Positions 39,074 to 51,945 of a stretch of 64,000 nucleotides of DNA are shown one piece after another; the first letter of the stretch is position 1, and every line of letters starts with the position of its first letter. The DNA comes from Haliotis rufescens. Lineage: Eukaryota. Both the position numbers and the translations under genes were made by a program. The notes beneath the pieces were generated by a model, which searched no databases, was not told where the DNA came from, and saw nothing but the letters and a program-made list of their open reading frames with translations. The stretch is taken from NCBI RefSeq assembly GCF_023055435.1, contig NW_025963791.1, positions 35,836,001 through 35,900,000 on the forward strand, read 5' to 3'.

Positions 39074-39345
39074 TTTGTTTGTTTGTGTGTTTGTTTGATT
39101 AACGCTGCAGTCAGCAATATTCCAGCTGTATGACGGCGGTCTGTAAATAAACGAGTCTGGACCAGACAATCCAGTGATTGACATCATAAGCATCGATCTA
39201 TGCAATTGGGATACGATGACATGCATCAACCAAATCAGGGAGCCTGACCACCCGATCCTGTTAGTTGACTCTTATGACAAGCTTAGTCGCCTTTTACGAC
39301 AAGCATGAGTTGCTGAAGACCTATTCTACCCTATCTTTACTGGTC
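39074..39345 (-). mobile_element. SINE-like family B
   Basis: TSD TGTCC(T/C)GGAATG; head starts GACCAG. Confidence 0.87.
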
Positions 39346-39844
39346 TGTCCCGGAATGACACGACTTGGGCACGAAAGGCCCTTCAGCTGGAATTTGACTA
39401 GTTCGACGGTTGATTTGCGCTAGAGCAAGAACCCCGGTTTCCTGTAACCAGTATACTAGTACGGGACGCGAGCTGCGCACCAGCACCAGCACCAGGCCCT
39501 GACTCTAAACTCCATTATTGCAGAGAGATGACATCAACTGTTCATTTCATTAGAAATAAACTCAACATAATCACGTGTAAATGTACACTGACAGCAAGAA
39601 CAGCGGAAAATTTGACTCGGAGTGAATCAAATTCGCAATGTTTAACATGTTTGAAATATGGTGAATATTGCTGTGTACGGCGTTAAACATTAAACAAACA
39701 AACAAAACGTACAAGGAATAGAATTTTACATTTAAGAATGATTGACTAACTAATCTGCCAGACTGTTTTTTGGTTGCAACAGTTTTCTGAATATGTGAAA
39801 TGAGTAATATTGAGACAATGCGTCTCGTTCTCCTATTAAGTATA

Positions 39845-40335
39845 ACATGCATTGTATGCCTGTGTGGCTAGGAGAAAGTCGCATGCATTAGCTGTCTGTC
39901 ATTGAGATAGTCGCATGCATTGCCTATCAGTCTTTGAGAATATCGCATGCATTGGACGCCTGTCTTGGTGAAAGTCGCTTGCATTGCCTATATCTGTCTT
40001 GGAAAAAGTCGCATGCATTGCCTGTCTATCTTGGAGAAGATCGTATCTATTAATATTCCCGTCTGTCTTGGAGAAGTTCGTATCTATTAATATTCCTGTC
40101 TGTCTTGGAGAAGTTCGTATCTATTAATATTCCTGTCTGTCTTGGAGAAGTTCGTATCTATTAATATTCCTGTCTGTCTTGGAGGAGTTCGTATCTATTA
40201 ATATTCCTGTCTGTGTTGGAGAAGATCGTATCTATTAATATTCCTGTCTGTCTTGGAGAATATCGCATGCATTGGACGCCTGTCTTGGTGAAAGTCGCTT
40301 GCATTGCCTGTCTATCCTGGAGAATGTCGCATGCG
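39845..40335. repeat. Minisatellite of 30-37 bp units
   Basis: GTCTGTCTTGGAGAA core alternating with GTTCGTATCTATTAATATTCCT or GTCGCATGCATTGCCT. Confidence 0.9.
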
Positions 40336-41323
40336 TTACCACTCTACCAGGGGAAAGTCAGGTGTCTACATTTCTCTGACCAAGTCATACAGAATGCCAC
40401 ATCACCTAAGTAGTACTGAATGTTATACATCACTGCAGTGTAATGGTTTGTACTATTGGTGTTGTAAATAGTGTAAGCATCTAGCGCAATTCATTTGTTT
40501 ATTTGTTTAACGTTACAGCTATATTACGGTAGCCTTGAAATAATCATGTCGGGACCAGACAGTCCAGTGATTGGTGTCGCGTAAACAACGATGAAACACA
40601 GAGAGCAACCATATCACTGTGTCTGACCAATCGTTCCATTAAGTAGCCTTTAACGACCAGCGTTACGATTGTCGTAAGTCAGTGTTAAAGAATGGGAGTT
40701 ACGATCGACTTAGCGCTAAGATCACTTTGTGCCACGGGGCCCAGTATGTGTTGATGGGGATCAATCCTATCTCGGAAATTTATGGTATTACATCGCGTGA
40801 TACATGTTTGTTTGTTTGTTTGTTGTTCAACGCCGCACTCAGCAATATTACAGCTATATGACGACGGTCTGTAAATAATCGAGTCTGGACCAGACATTCC
40901 AGTGATTGACATCATGAGCATCGAGCCTGACCACCCGATACATGTGGAGACGGCTTTGTCAGTCGCTCCTGCGGTTACATGGGACTGTAGTAATAACCGT
41001 TCAAGATGATTCAATAGACAAACATGTAGTCCCCGAAATAATGTTATATTCAAATAATTCTATTAAGGAATACTCTAGTCTTATAAAGTGATGAGTAAAG
41101 GTATTTTGTGATTTTTCTATAATGATTTATTCATGAAAACATTTTTTTTTTTCAAACGAATAAATTAATTTGTCTGACTGATTATCTAAAGGTTGGACAT
41201 CTAATCACAATTTCAAAAATATACTTCTTATCATAAAAAGACCCTGACATGTTAAAAAAATTAATTCCTGATCATTTATACTGCACGGTCTCTGTACATA
41301 CCTACCGTATGTCTACTGTGACA

Positions 41324-41485
41324 GGGGCGGTCGGGTAGCCTAGTGGTTAAAGCGTTCGCTCGTCACGCCGAAGACCCGGGTTCGATTCCCGACATGGGTA
41401 CAATGTGTGAAGCCCATTTCTGGTGTCCCCCGCCTTGATATTGCTGGAATATTGCTAAAAGCGGCGTAAACTCAAACTCACTCAC
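41324..41485 (+). mobile_element. tRNA-derived SINE family A, full length
   Basis: A box GTAGCCTAGTGGTTAA, B box GGTTCGATTCC, tail GCTGGAATATTGCTAAAAGCGGCGTAAA(ACTC)n; TSD TCTACTGTGACA. Confidence 0.9.
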
Positions 41486-42371
41486 TCTACTGTGACAAGG
41501 AACTGTGAACATGCGAATTAAGTAACAAATTAACCGTTGTAATATTTGCAATTTTTCTTTTGCTTTAGTGAAATATCTCTCTTCGCTTAATTCCGTGATC
41601 AAGGCGAACAATACACAAACAATATATCCCTATTTCAAATTTATCAATACATGTGTTATCTTAACCTAAAACATCTCTTTGGATTGCCATTTGATGGGCG
41701 TTTTGTTGTAGTCAAGGTCAAGTAGTCACATCTGCCGGACATCGAAAACTGTCGTATGGAACCACAACATATAAGGGGTCTGTCGACCGGTAATTGCGCG
41801 TTCCAACTGTGGAACTGGATAAATTCCAACAGAAGGCAATCGTCACAACTTGCCCTTTCCGAAACCGGCTTGTCACGGAACGGTCACGAATGTCAGAGGT
41901 GCCTATCGCAAAACGATCGGATGTTCCGGTGAAAATAGAATTTTTTGCGGGTACGGAAAGGGGCGAGGTTGGCCGTAAGTAGAAGTGGTCCGTCTATGAC
42001 GTCATAACGAAGATGACGTCATGATTTATTTGATTTACTTCGTCAATATTGATCGTAACATTGAGGGATCCAAAAGGGTGGGTAATCTACAGTGTTCGTT
42101 TCCCCTTAATATCACTGTATTGAAGCAGACGCTACAAATATTTTTCGATTTAGACAGAAAAGGCTTACGAAACGCTTCCAAATTTTGGTTAGCTTTGGAG
42201 GATGTTGTCATGGCGTTGACGCTATTGTGACGTCATAGACAATTGTCATTCAGCACCCTAGTCGATCTACTGCCACGCTCTACCAAATCACCACTTCCAC
42301 TGCGTTATTGGTTGTTTGAAACGATATTAACCTACTTTATTGTTTTGGTTGACTGACTGATCAACTTTCGG

Positions 42372-45300
42372 ATGGATTCTAAAAGAAAAAAAGGTAAGAA
42401 CTATTAAGATTTAGTTGTATGTCATGTTATCGTTCTATATTATCAGCATAATGTAACATCTCTACACTCTTCATGCTTTTGTTTTTAACGTCAACAAATG
42501 AAACATATAATACAATATATTATCCTTACATATTGTATATTGAGAACATTTCGGCACCAGTATAGACAATATGTGAAACATTCACTTACGCAACACATGC
42601 TAACTAATTTGTGAATCTTCTGTTATCTGACCACTGCCAATTGAACTTGCCCACTTGCACAAAGCGATCTTAGCGTTAAGATAATCGTAACTCCCATACT
42701 TTAACATAGGCTTACGATAGTCTTAGCGCAAAGATCGCTTTATGCAAGTGGACCTTGGTCTCCAAGAATGACGAATTTGTATTACTTGTCACGGATGCAC
42801 TGTGTTATTAAACACAAAGATTTGCGTTTCAATTTAAAACATGTCTTCAATGCAAAATAATTGCAGATTCATTTTGTCATTTTGGTTTATATGAACCGGT
42901 ATTGCCAATTCACGAATAAGCGTGAACTGGTTTAGCTGTGTTTCTCACTAAAATAGCAATGATATGTACGAATTAAGAATATTGAATTACCGACAATATA
43001 AAGACTTAAGTTCTTTTAATTTTCAATGCTTTCTTTTGTCCCTCAATTTATTAAAAATGTTTTGTACAGGACTGATATACATGCAAACGTACTGTGTGAC
43101 CTAAGATTTTGTGTTGTTTGTTTGTTGTTTAACACCGCACTTAGCAATATTCAAGCTATAAGACGGCGGTCTGTAAATAATTGAGTCTTGACCAGACAAT
43201 TCAGTGATTGACACCATGAGCATCGATCCACGCAATTAGGATACGATGACCTGCATCAACCAAGTCAGCTAGCCTGGCCACCCGATCCCGTTAGTCGCCT
43301 TTTACGGCAAGCATCGTTTGATGAAGACCTATTTGACCCCGGTTCTTCACGGGTAGTGGCGGGGCGTCGGGTAGCCTAGTGGTTAAAGCGTTAGCTCGTC
43401 ACGCCGAAGACCCGGGTTCGATTCCCGACATGGGTACAATGTGTGAAGCCCATTTGTGGTGTCCCCCGCCGTGATATTGCTGGCATATTGCTAAAAGCGG
43501 CGTAAAACCATACTCACTCACTCACTCACTCACGGGTAGTGGCCTAAGAGAAATCAACAAGGCCTTTATGAGTCAGTAGATACTGGGAGAGTCAGTTCAA
43601 GGTGAATTCGGACTTTTGTTGATTTAAAAAAATTAATGAATCTGCTAACTTGATCTTTATGAATTAATGATACTGAATTAACCTTGTTGTGAAGAGTTAT
43701 GTTGTATGTGAAGGATTCATTTTGAGTTATGAGACCAAGTTTCTTATCTAGTGACGAATTTTCTTCCAGGCGTCAACTGTTTCCCGTACCCAGACACAGC
43801 CTGGCCCCGAGTATACAACATGGCCGGCACAGACATGCTCCTGTTTGCTGGAAGGATGGTTTTCCATTCCGACCTCCACCTCGCGTCCATTCATTCCGAT
43901 CTCAGCGTTCCCGAAACATGCACTAGTCCCGTGGATGCCGCCATTATCTGGATGGAAAGACAACTTGACTATGTCCGAAACGGTACGACTTCTAAGTATC
44001 ACGCCCCTCCATCATTTGATGATATAACTGCGAGAATAAATTTAATTCATTGCTTCCTGTTGAATACTTAACCGATATATCAATTTAAACAATATAAGTA
44101 TATATTTTTTAATTATTCAACCCTTAGTTAATATTTTCAAGGGAATCTGGGGACATTTTGTTCACGCCCCTCCATCATTTGATATTATAACTGCGAGAAT
44201 TCATTGTGTTGAATACTTACCCGATATATCAACAATATACATATTTTTTAAAAATTATTCAACCCTTTATTAATATGTTCAAGGGAATCTGGGGACATTT
44301 TGTTCACGCCCCTCCATCATTTTATATTATAACTGGGAGAATTCATTGTGTTGAATACTTAACCGATATTTCAATTCAACAACATAAGGTTTTTTTAAAA
44401 ATTATTCAACCCTTAATTAATATTTTCAAGGGAATCTGGGGACATTTTGTTCACGCCCCCTTATAATTTGATATTATAACTACGAGAATTCATTGTGTTG
44501 AATACTAAACCGATACATCAATTTAAACAACATAAATATTTTTTTTTAAATTATTCAACCCTTAATTAATATTTTCAAGGAATCTGGGAACATTTTGTAA
44601 TTTGATTAAATTATTCCTTCCAGACCTTGAAATCATAAAGAAGACCAGTATGAGGTCATCCACCGGTCCGGTAGCGCCCACCCTGCCTACCCACATGAGG
44701 GGGCGTGTCGGGGTCATTGAGTACGAAGTGCAGGAAGCAGAGAGACTGAGACTGGTCCGAGAAAGTAAACAACGTCGTGAGAGAGAAGCTTTGACCCAGG
44801 AGAGAGTAGTGACCAGGGAGGAGAGAGACACGAGAGACACTATGTCGGCTGCGGGATGCAGAAAGAGGAAACTGGAGGAGACAATCAACATGGCGGAAAC
44901 CAGACCGAAGCGATCTCGGAAACCAAACTCCAAATATGGTAGGCACCGGTTTAGTTTTTTAGTCGTTGAAGAAGTGTGGTTCAATGGTTAAGACCAAAGG
45001 TTATGTTCAAAGCAATCTCATTAAAATCAGATCTTTGATCTTGCTTCAGCTAAACAAAAGATCTGATTTTTAATGAGATTGGTTTAATCGCTGCATTTTA
45101 GGAAATATGAAAAAAACCCTCCGAACATACCGAGTAGACGGTTTATAATAGATTTAAGCCATTTATTCATCATTTAAAATTTTGAAAAACTGACTTTAAA
45201 AGAATCTGAATAAAATCAGATAGCTCTCTTGAAACCAGGATAACACGAAACTTTGTTTTGTCAATTTTTCAAACTTAGAAAAAAACTATTGTTTTCGATG

Positions 45301-45424
45301 CACATGTTTCTCTCTTGCAGACAGTGGCACCTTCCTCGTCCACAACGGATCGGGCGGCTCCCACCCATCCTCCAACATCGCCAACAGACTGAGGAGCAGG
45401 AGGACGGTGAAACGTGGTCCCTAG
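42372..45424 (+). CDS. Putative orphan spliced gene, about 217 aa, basic/charged
   Basis: Exons 42372-42393, 43770-43982, 44624-44938, 45321-45424 join in frame through three phase-1 GT-AG introns; possible UTR exon from 46059 with AATAAA at 46246; no recognised homologue. Confidence 0.5.
43112..43543. mobile_element. Family B element (minus) with a family A SINE (plus, 43361-43529) inserted at its 5' end
   Basis: TCACGGGTAGTGGC duplicated at 43347-43360 and 43530-43543. Confidence 0.87.
43999..44598. repeat. Tandem repeat, four copies of about 145-165 bp
   Basis: Units begin CACGCCCC near 44000, 44163, 44305, 44453 and end AATATTTTCAAGGGAATCTGGGGACATTTTGT. Confidence 0.92.
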
Positions 45425-45477
45425 GTTAGTACAGGACATTATCAATATCTACATTTCGTGCTGAATAAATGAGTTCG

Positions 45478-45718
45478 TTGGTTGGTTTGTTTGTTGTCTA
45501 ACGCCGCACTCAGCAATATTCCAGCTATATGAAGACGGTCTGTAAATAATCAAGTCTGGACCAGACATTCGATCCACGCAATTGGGATCGATGACATGCA
45601 TCAACCAAGTCAGCGAGCCTGACCCCCCTATCCCGTTAGTCGCCTCTTACGACAAGCATAGTCGCCTTTTACGGCAAGCATGGGTTGCTGAAGACCTACT
45701 CTACCTCGAATCTTCATG
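45478..45718 (-). mobile_element. SINE-like family B
   Basis: Reverse complement of the family consensus with an internal deletion. Confidence 0.82.
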
Positions 45719-46840
45719 AATAAATGAGAGTCGGTTTTATGCTGGTAATGTAATCAACGTTTTTTAGTGCTATTATTGTTAATCATCTTGTAGTAATTGA
45801 TGATTTCATTGTAGGTTGCAAATTAACTATTCAGAACAAACCAAACCACTCGTATAGTGTCTTCACTGGCATTGCGTCAAAGTAAGAATGCGTCCCTTCC
45901 TTAATTGTGACGTTTATTTTTTTCGACGATTTTTTTATAATGCTACGGAGACGTTTCAATTTTTATTTCATTTCTTAATTCATTGGATAGTATTTACAAA
46001 TATTATTTAATACCATATATTCATTCAGAATTTAATGTTTCTTTTCTTTTGTTTTCAGAAGGTGGCTGCAGCCTAAAGTTACAGCCTGGCTATTATTACA
46101 TGGAGATTCACGATATAGTGTTTAATACGTCAGAGTACTTACATTGATCTGTGATTGCTTGGGAAGTCTTGTACAACTTTCTGACTTTTTACTTAAATTG
46201 GTTATATTTTATTTTATTTTTACATTGCAGTTTTGTTATTTTTACAATAAATTGTTATGACGTTTACCATATGGCTGTGTTGTAATTGTCAATACACGAT
46301 ACAGGAACGTTTATTGACTGGGGGCCTGATAACTCCCCACATGAATTCTGTTTGTGAAGCGCATACTTTGTGTATTGGCTGTGAAGTGTTGGGGTACATA
46401 CCCAAGAGAGATTGATAAAGTGAAACCTGTTTTAGAGGAAATACGGTAGAGAGACTCGGATGTGTGATGTGACTCCCCCTACGCTTATTGGGGATTCAAA
46501 CATTTAACGGCTGATCAAGACAATGCTTAGTTTTCAGTTGACAGCTTAACTCAGTAATGGTAAATTCCCGGACTGCATTTTAGTCTGTGAATGTTGGTAT
46601 TTGGTAACGCAGTCTATCTATCTTAGTATGGTCTCAATCACTGGACCCAACGTGTTGTATTTACAGGCTGCAAGATTTCTGACTGCATTTTCACTCACTC
46701 ACTCAATGTTAGTGTTACGTACATCCACTCAAAGAAGTATAGACGTTGATCCACTTTATGGGGAAATGTCTGGCTATGGGGGCCGTTGTACAGACCAATG
46801 GTAGCGCTAAGGTTATCGTAACTCCCAAACCTTAACATAG

Positions 46841-47120
46841 TGAGTTAGTGAGTTGGGTTTAACGCCGCTTTTAACAGTATTCCAGTTATATCACGGCGTG
46901 CCAGCTTAATGTGGGAGGAAAGCCCGAAGTGATGCAGGTCTCAGACGTTTACCACTTTGGTGAAACCCACGAGCACGGGTATGGTGCTGACAAACCTGGA
47001 AACATAATCGGGGCGAACCGGGATTCGAACCCAAAATCATAGGTTTCTGGTATGTCTAAGGGATGCAACTCTGCACAATGAATTGCGGCGCCTTAGACGA
47101 CTGGGCAACCCGTGCCCCCA
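46841..47120 (-). mobile_element. tRNA(Leu/Ser-like)-derived SINE family C, inserted in a palindromic mini-MITE
   Basis: A box TGCCCAGTCGTCTAAGG and B box GGGTTCGAATCCC on minus; MITE halves on both sides. Confidence 0.85.
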
Positions 47121-47999
47121 CAGTAGAGACAGACTTACGACAGTCGTAGCGCTAAGGTTGTTTTGTACAACGGCACCGTGATCAGAATAGGCAGCACACT
47201 TCCGCTTGAGGAGGATACACGGGAGAAGAAAAAACGTTCTAGTCCAAAGTGTAAGAAAACTACCAAGGAACTTGTCCAAGTCCATCTTGAATAGTGGTGT
47301 GTGAGGGCAGAGGTCTGTAGGTTCGAGAAAGGTACGATTTAAATAATACCCAATAAGAACTACCCCCTACTATTTTCCGATTTAAAACGATGTTAAGTTA
47401 CCCGGAGAGCGGAAGGTCATGGGTTCAATTTTCGGCCGCGTCATTACAAAATACGTTAAAAGATGGTACTTGTTGTTACCCTGCCTGGCGATCGGCATTA
47501 AGGGGATAAACAAAGGACTAAGTCAGTATTTTGTGTCTGAGCAGGGTATGTCAAACTTATGTTAAACTGCGGCATGGTGTCTCGGTGGACTAGCTCTATG
47601 AAATCTGCCTCGTACAAGTACACCCCCCCCCCCCCCCCCCCCCCCCCCCCCGATTCCCTAAATAATGCTGCATGTATTAACGAGGTAAAATATTAAACGT
47701 CATACACATGTAGTTAATTTGTATCAGGCTGCAAAACATATCAAGTATTGAACAGCTCTGTCGCGAATGTTTCCCTCAGCCTAAGATATACTAATCAAAC
47801 GTAACTGAAGATTCTTTCTTCTTTCACCGATATCAAGCTGGACAACATCTTGTCACCACGTGTCATGTATATACCTCTCATTACATGGCTGCAGTCACTC
47901 CAGCTTGATAGCACAATGTTGCTGAAGCTACGCCAAACTAACACTGATGCCCTGCAACGCAGCACACGGCCAACCAGCAACCTTTACGTACAGATATGA

Positions 48000-48257
48000 T
48001 TGGTTGGTTGGTTGTTTAACGCCGTGATATTCCAGCTATATAACGACGGTCTGTAAATAATCGAGTCTGGACCAGACAATCCAGTGATTGATCCAATTGA
48101 GCATGGATCCACGCAATTGGGATCGATGACATGCATCAACCAAGTCAGCGAGCCTGACCACCCGATCCCGTTAGTCGCCTTTTACGACAAGCATAGTCGC
48201 CCTTTACGGCAAGCATGGGTTGCTGAAGACCTATTCTACCCCTGATCTTCACGGGTC
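48000..48257 (-). mobile_element. SINE-like family B, full length
   Basis: TSD GTACAGATATGA; starts GACCCGTGAAGA. Confidence 0.9.
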
Positions 48258-48692
48258 GTACAGATATGAACCATATACTCTTTATAAGGTCTTTTGCATA
48301 AATAATCGCAATTTTAGCGATGACCGTGGCGACTCAGACGAGTGTGTCTTGGGGCCGACGGGGTTCGGGGGCAGATCAGGCAACGGTGCTGAAAGATAAG
48401 GGATTACGTTTATCGTGATATGCCGATTGTCGGATACCGGCGCCCCCGGCAGATACAGCGAGGTGATGATAATGATGGAGGGCGGTTAGACCTCTTGCAC
48501 AGGGTCCAGCATATTTCGTACAGTCATAGCCGACCACTTTATATTGGTCGTGTTGGCGGTGTCAGTGCTTCAAAACATTCAACATCTTTTCCCCCCACAA
48601 CTAAGCTGCAGTCTCTGCCCCTTAATCTTCCACGAATATGAAACGGTCGACCCCGATTTTCCACACCTGAATTACTTCTGGCTTTCGCGATA

Positions 48693-49410
48693 ATGCTTGT
48701 CGAAAGAGGCGACTAACGGGATCGGGTTGTCAGGCTAGCTGACATGGTTGATGCTTGTCATCGTATCCCAATTGCGCGGATCGATGCTCATGATGTCAAT
48801 CACTACGTTGTCTGGTTCAGACTCGATTATTTACGGACCGCCGCCACATAGCTGGAATATTGCTGAGTGCGGCGTTAAACAATAATCAAACAAGTTTTGG
48901 CTATCCGCCGCGATATCACAGGAATACTTTTCAAAGCGCCGTTAAACCAAACTCACCCACTCAGTCACCGTTTACTAGGGCTTTCCTAGCATGAAACGCC
49001 ATTGTTCCCTGAGAATATCCGGGTTACAATTGGTCTTCGGCAACTCATGCTTGTCGTAAGAGGCGCCTAACGGGATCGGGTGGTCGGGCTCTCTGACTTG
49101 GTTGATGCATGTCATCGATCCCAATTGTGTGCAGTGGCCCAGTCGTCTAAGGCGCCGCGATTCGTTGTGCAGAGTTGCATCCCTTGGGCACTCCAGAAAC
49201 CTATGATTGCGGGTTCGAATCCCTGTTCGCCCCGATTGTAACTAGTTTTGTCAGCACCATACCTGTGCTCGTGGGTTTCATCGAAGTTGTAAACGCCTGA
49301 GACCTGCATCACTTTCGGGCTTTCCTCCCACATTAAGCCGACACGCCGTGATATAACTGGAATACTGTTAAAAGCGGCGTGAAACCCAACTCACTCACTA
49401 ACTCACTATG
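48693..49410 (+). mobile_element. SINE cluster: family B pieces (48693-48893, 49010-49125) and family C (49130-49410)
   Basis: Direct similarity to other copies in the window. Confidence 0.8.
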
Positions 49411-51057
49411 TTAAGTATGAGAGTTAGATCGTCTTAGTACTACGAGTGCTTCGTGGTATATTTTTATATTAAAAGGGAGGATGGACGATTTGTCCGGGTA
49501 AAGGTTGACTTGTACACGCGTACTGTATCATTGTTTAATAATTACTTCTATGTATATGTATAAAGTATGATATATCTTTTCAAAATAAATTGTGAACTTT
49601 ATGTTTATTTAACTGTTACGTAAAAGTGGTCCTGCACATGTTCACCACGGTGACATCTAGATTAACATTCGTTTTGTAGCCGACATCACAACTGAACTAA
49701 AACAAATCATCGGTCCCAAGTACCTGTTGGCGTGTTTAGTCTCTCGTATTATACTGCATCGTTGTCTCACCCACTCATCTATGGAATCCTAGAAGGGATA
49801 TTGTCGCCTTGTCGCGCTATCAAAAACAAACAAAAAGTGTCAAATGTAACCAACACGCGAGAATGCGACTTAGTTATTTTACTAAATTTCACTAGATAAG
49901 ATTTCTTGATGATATATTGTACACAGCTCCATAGAATGAATAATATGCGCCCGGTCGGAACAAGAAACAAGGAGAAGAGTTTGTCATGGAACAAGGAGTT
50001 CGGTATAACGAGGCGACACCGTATACGTCATTGTGCACCGGATTGTGACACCATTATGTGTCTAGTGAGTAGTGTTTTAAGCCGCTTTTAGCAATATTCC
50101 AGTCATAAATATCACATCGAGGTACGCCAAATATTCACTTCACACACTGTACTTTGTGGTAATTCGAACACGGGATTTCGGCGTGACGAACGCACGCTTT
50201 CGACAAGCATCAGGCACCGATTCTTCCCTAAAATGGAAAATAAATACGCTAGGTGTTTAAGTTTCACTTTAATACTTTTCATAGCAACGTTTTTATGTAC
50301 ACTCACTTGATTGTTTACGAGTATAGAGTCAGAATGGCATAGTGAAGTTTCCATGTTAAACTGCGACATGGCTTCTCAGAGGGGTAGCGCTATAAAACCG
50401 GCATTTTCCTGACTCGTTTAAGCGGCCACACCCACATCCACTAACCCACCAACCTACACACCCACACAAACGCCCGCACACACAATCCGCTGTGTAAGTG
50501 AAATAATCTTGAGCGCGATGTTAAATCCCATCTCACCTCACCTCATAATGAGAACACGAGTCCTAATGCACGCCGTTGTGACCATCCAATCCCCAACTTA
50601 CTCATCTGTTACTGTATCTACAGTCACCCCGAACCTCTAACCCCGACCTGTCTAGATTTAGCGTAATAACATTCGTAGAATGTTGTTTCCTATGAGACAA
50701 ATAACATTAACCGTTATACAACATGATGACAGGCATGGTTATCAGTTACACCTCATTAACTCCAGGTAAGAATTATGAAGTAAACAACCGTTATCTCGCC
50801 TCTTTGCATCATGAGGTCCTAGCGTTACGTCATGCCATGGGCTAATTACGACGGACAGCTTAAATAGCCGGCCCTTGCCGTGTTACTACAGTAAACGCAC
50901 CGGGACACATCAGGTAGGTCCGAGAGCATATAGTGTGATGGCTTTATTTGGACAATTTTGTAAATTGTAACAACGCGTTATGAAATGTATCTAAATGACT
51001 GTTATCAAGGGAGTATGTTGTGTGAACTTTATTCTCTAACATTTACCGTTTCAAACG

Positions 51058-51255
51058 ACTTGTAAGAGGCGACTAATGGGATAGGGTGTTCAGGCTCGCT
51101 GACTTGGTTGATGCATGTCATCGTACCAAAATTGCGTGGATCGATGCTCATGATGTCAATCACTGGATTGTCTGGTCCAAACTCGATTATTTACAAACCT
51201 CCGTCATATAGCTGGAATATTGCTGAGTGAGGCGTAATGCAACAAACAAACAAAC
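51058..51255 (+). mobile_element. SINE-like family B, 5'-truncated
   Basis: GTAAGAGGCGACTAA...GCTGGAATATTGCTGAG(CAAA)n. Confidence 0.8.
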
Positions 51256-51632
51256 TTTATTTTCGTCTGTCTAGGATTAGAACATTCAAAATGGCGACTT
51301 CATTCTTCTGTGTCATTTTTCTTTCAACATTTTTATCGGACAACTTTCCACGGCGTGATTCTTGCAATTCTCATTTAACTAGGTGACATACTAGTATACG
51401 ACAGTAAGTCTGTTGTTTGAGGCAAAGATTTTTCCTCCCCTGAAGTTGGCACGCCGTGTGTATTACATAAGAGTTTAAGGCAACGTTCATAAAACTCAAT
51501 CACAATATGAGTCTACCAAACTTTATGAAAAAGTATCTATATCTGTATACAACCGATGAAGCAACGACTCATTCATGCTGTCTGCTTCATACCAGTAATT
51601 AAACACCACCCATCTTCAACAACGTCACCGCC

Positions 51633-51911
51633 ATGGTTCCGTCAGTCAAGGTCATCGGGACGGCACTGGTCTTCCTGTGTGTGGCGTTAGAGAGTGCCCG
51701 CAGCAACTGTGAGTAAACTATACCAACGTGTTCAAAGAAAAGAGGCATTGAGTGAGCATGAACATGTGCGTGTGCGTGTGCGTGTGCGTGTGCGTGTGTG
51801 TGCGTGCCTGTGTACGTATCAAGGTCTTAGGGACGGTCCTGAACGAACACGATTCGTTGTTTGGAAAGTCGGTCTCCTTTGCCTTTATCAGTACCGTGCT
51901 AAAAATTACTT

Positions 51912-51945
<34 letters not shown>

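Noticed and set aside
39845-40335. Regular 37-bp repeats superficially like a CRISPR array
   Set aside because: No unique spacers, no cas genes, eukaryotic context
41324-41400. tRNA-like sequences here and at other family A and C heads
   Set aside because: They are SINE heads with body, tail and TSDs, and lack a proper acceptor stem
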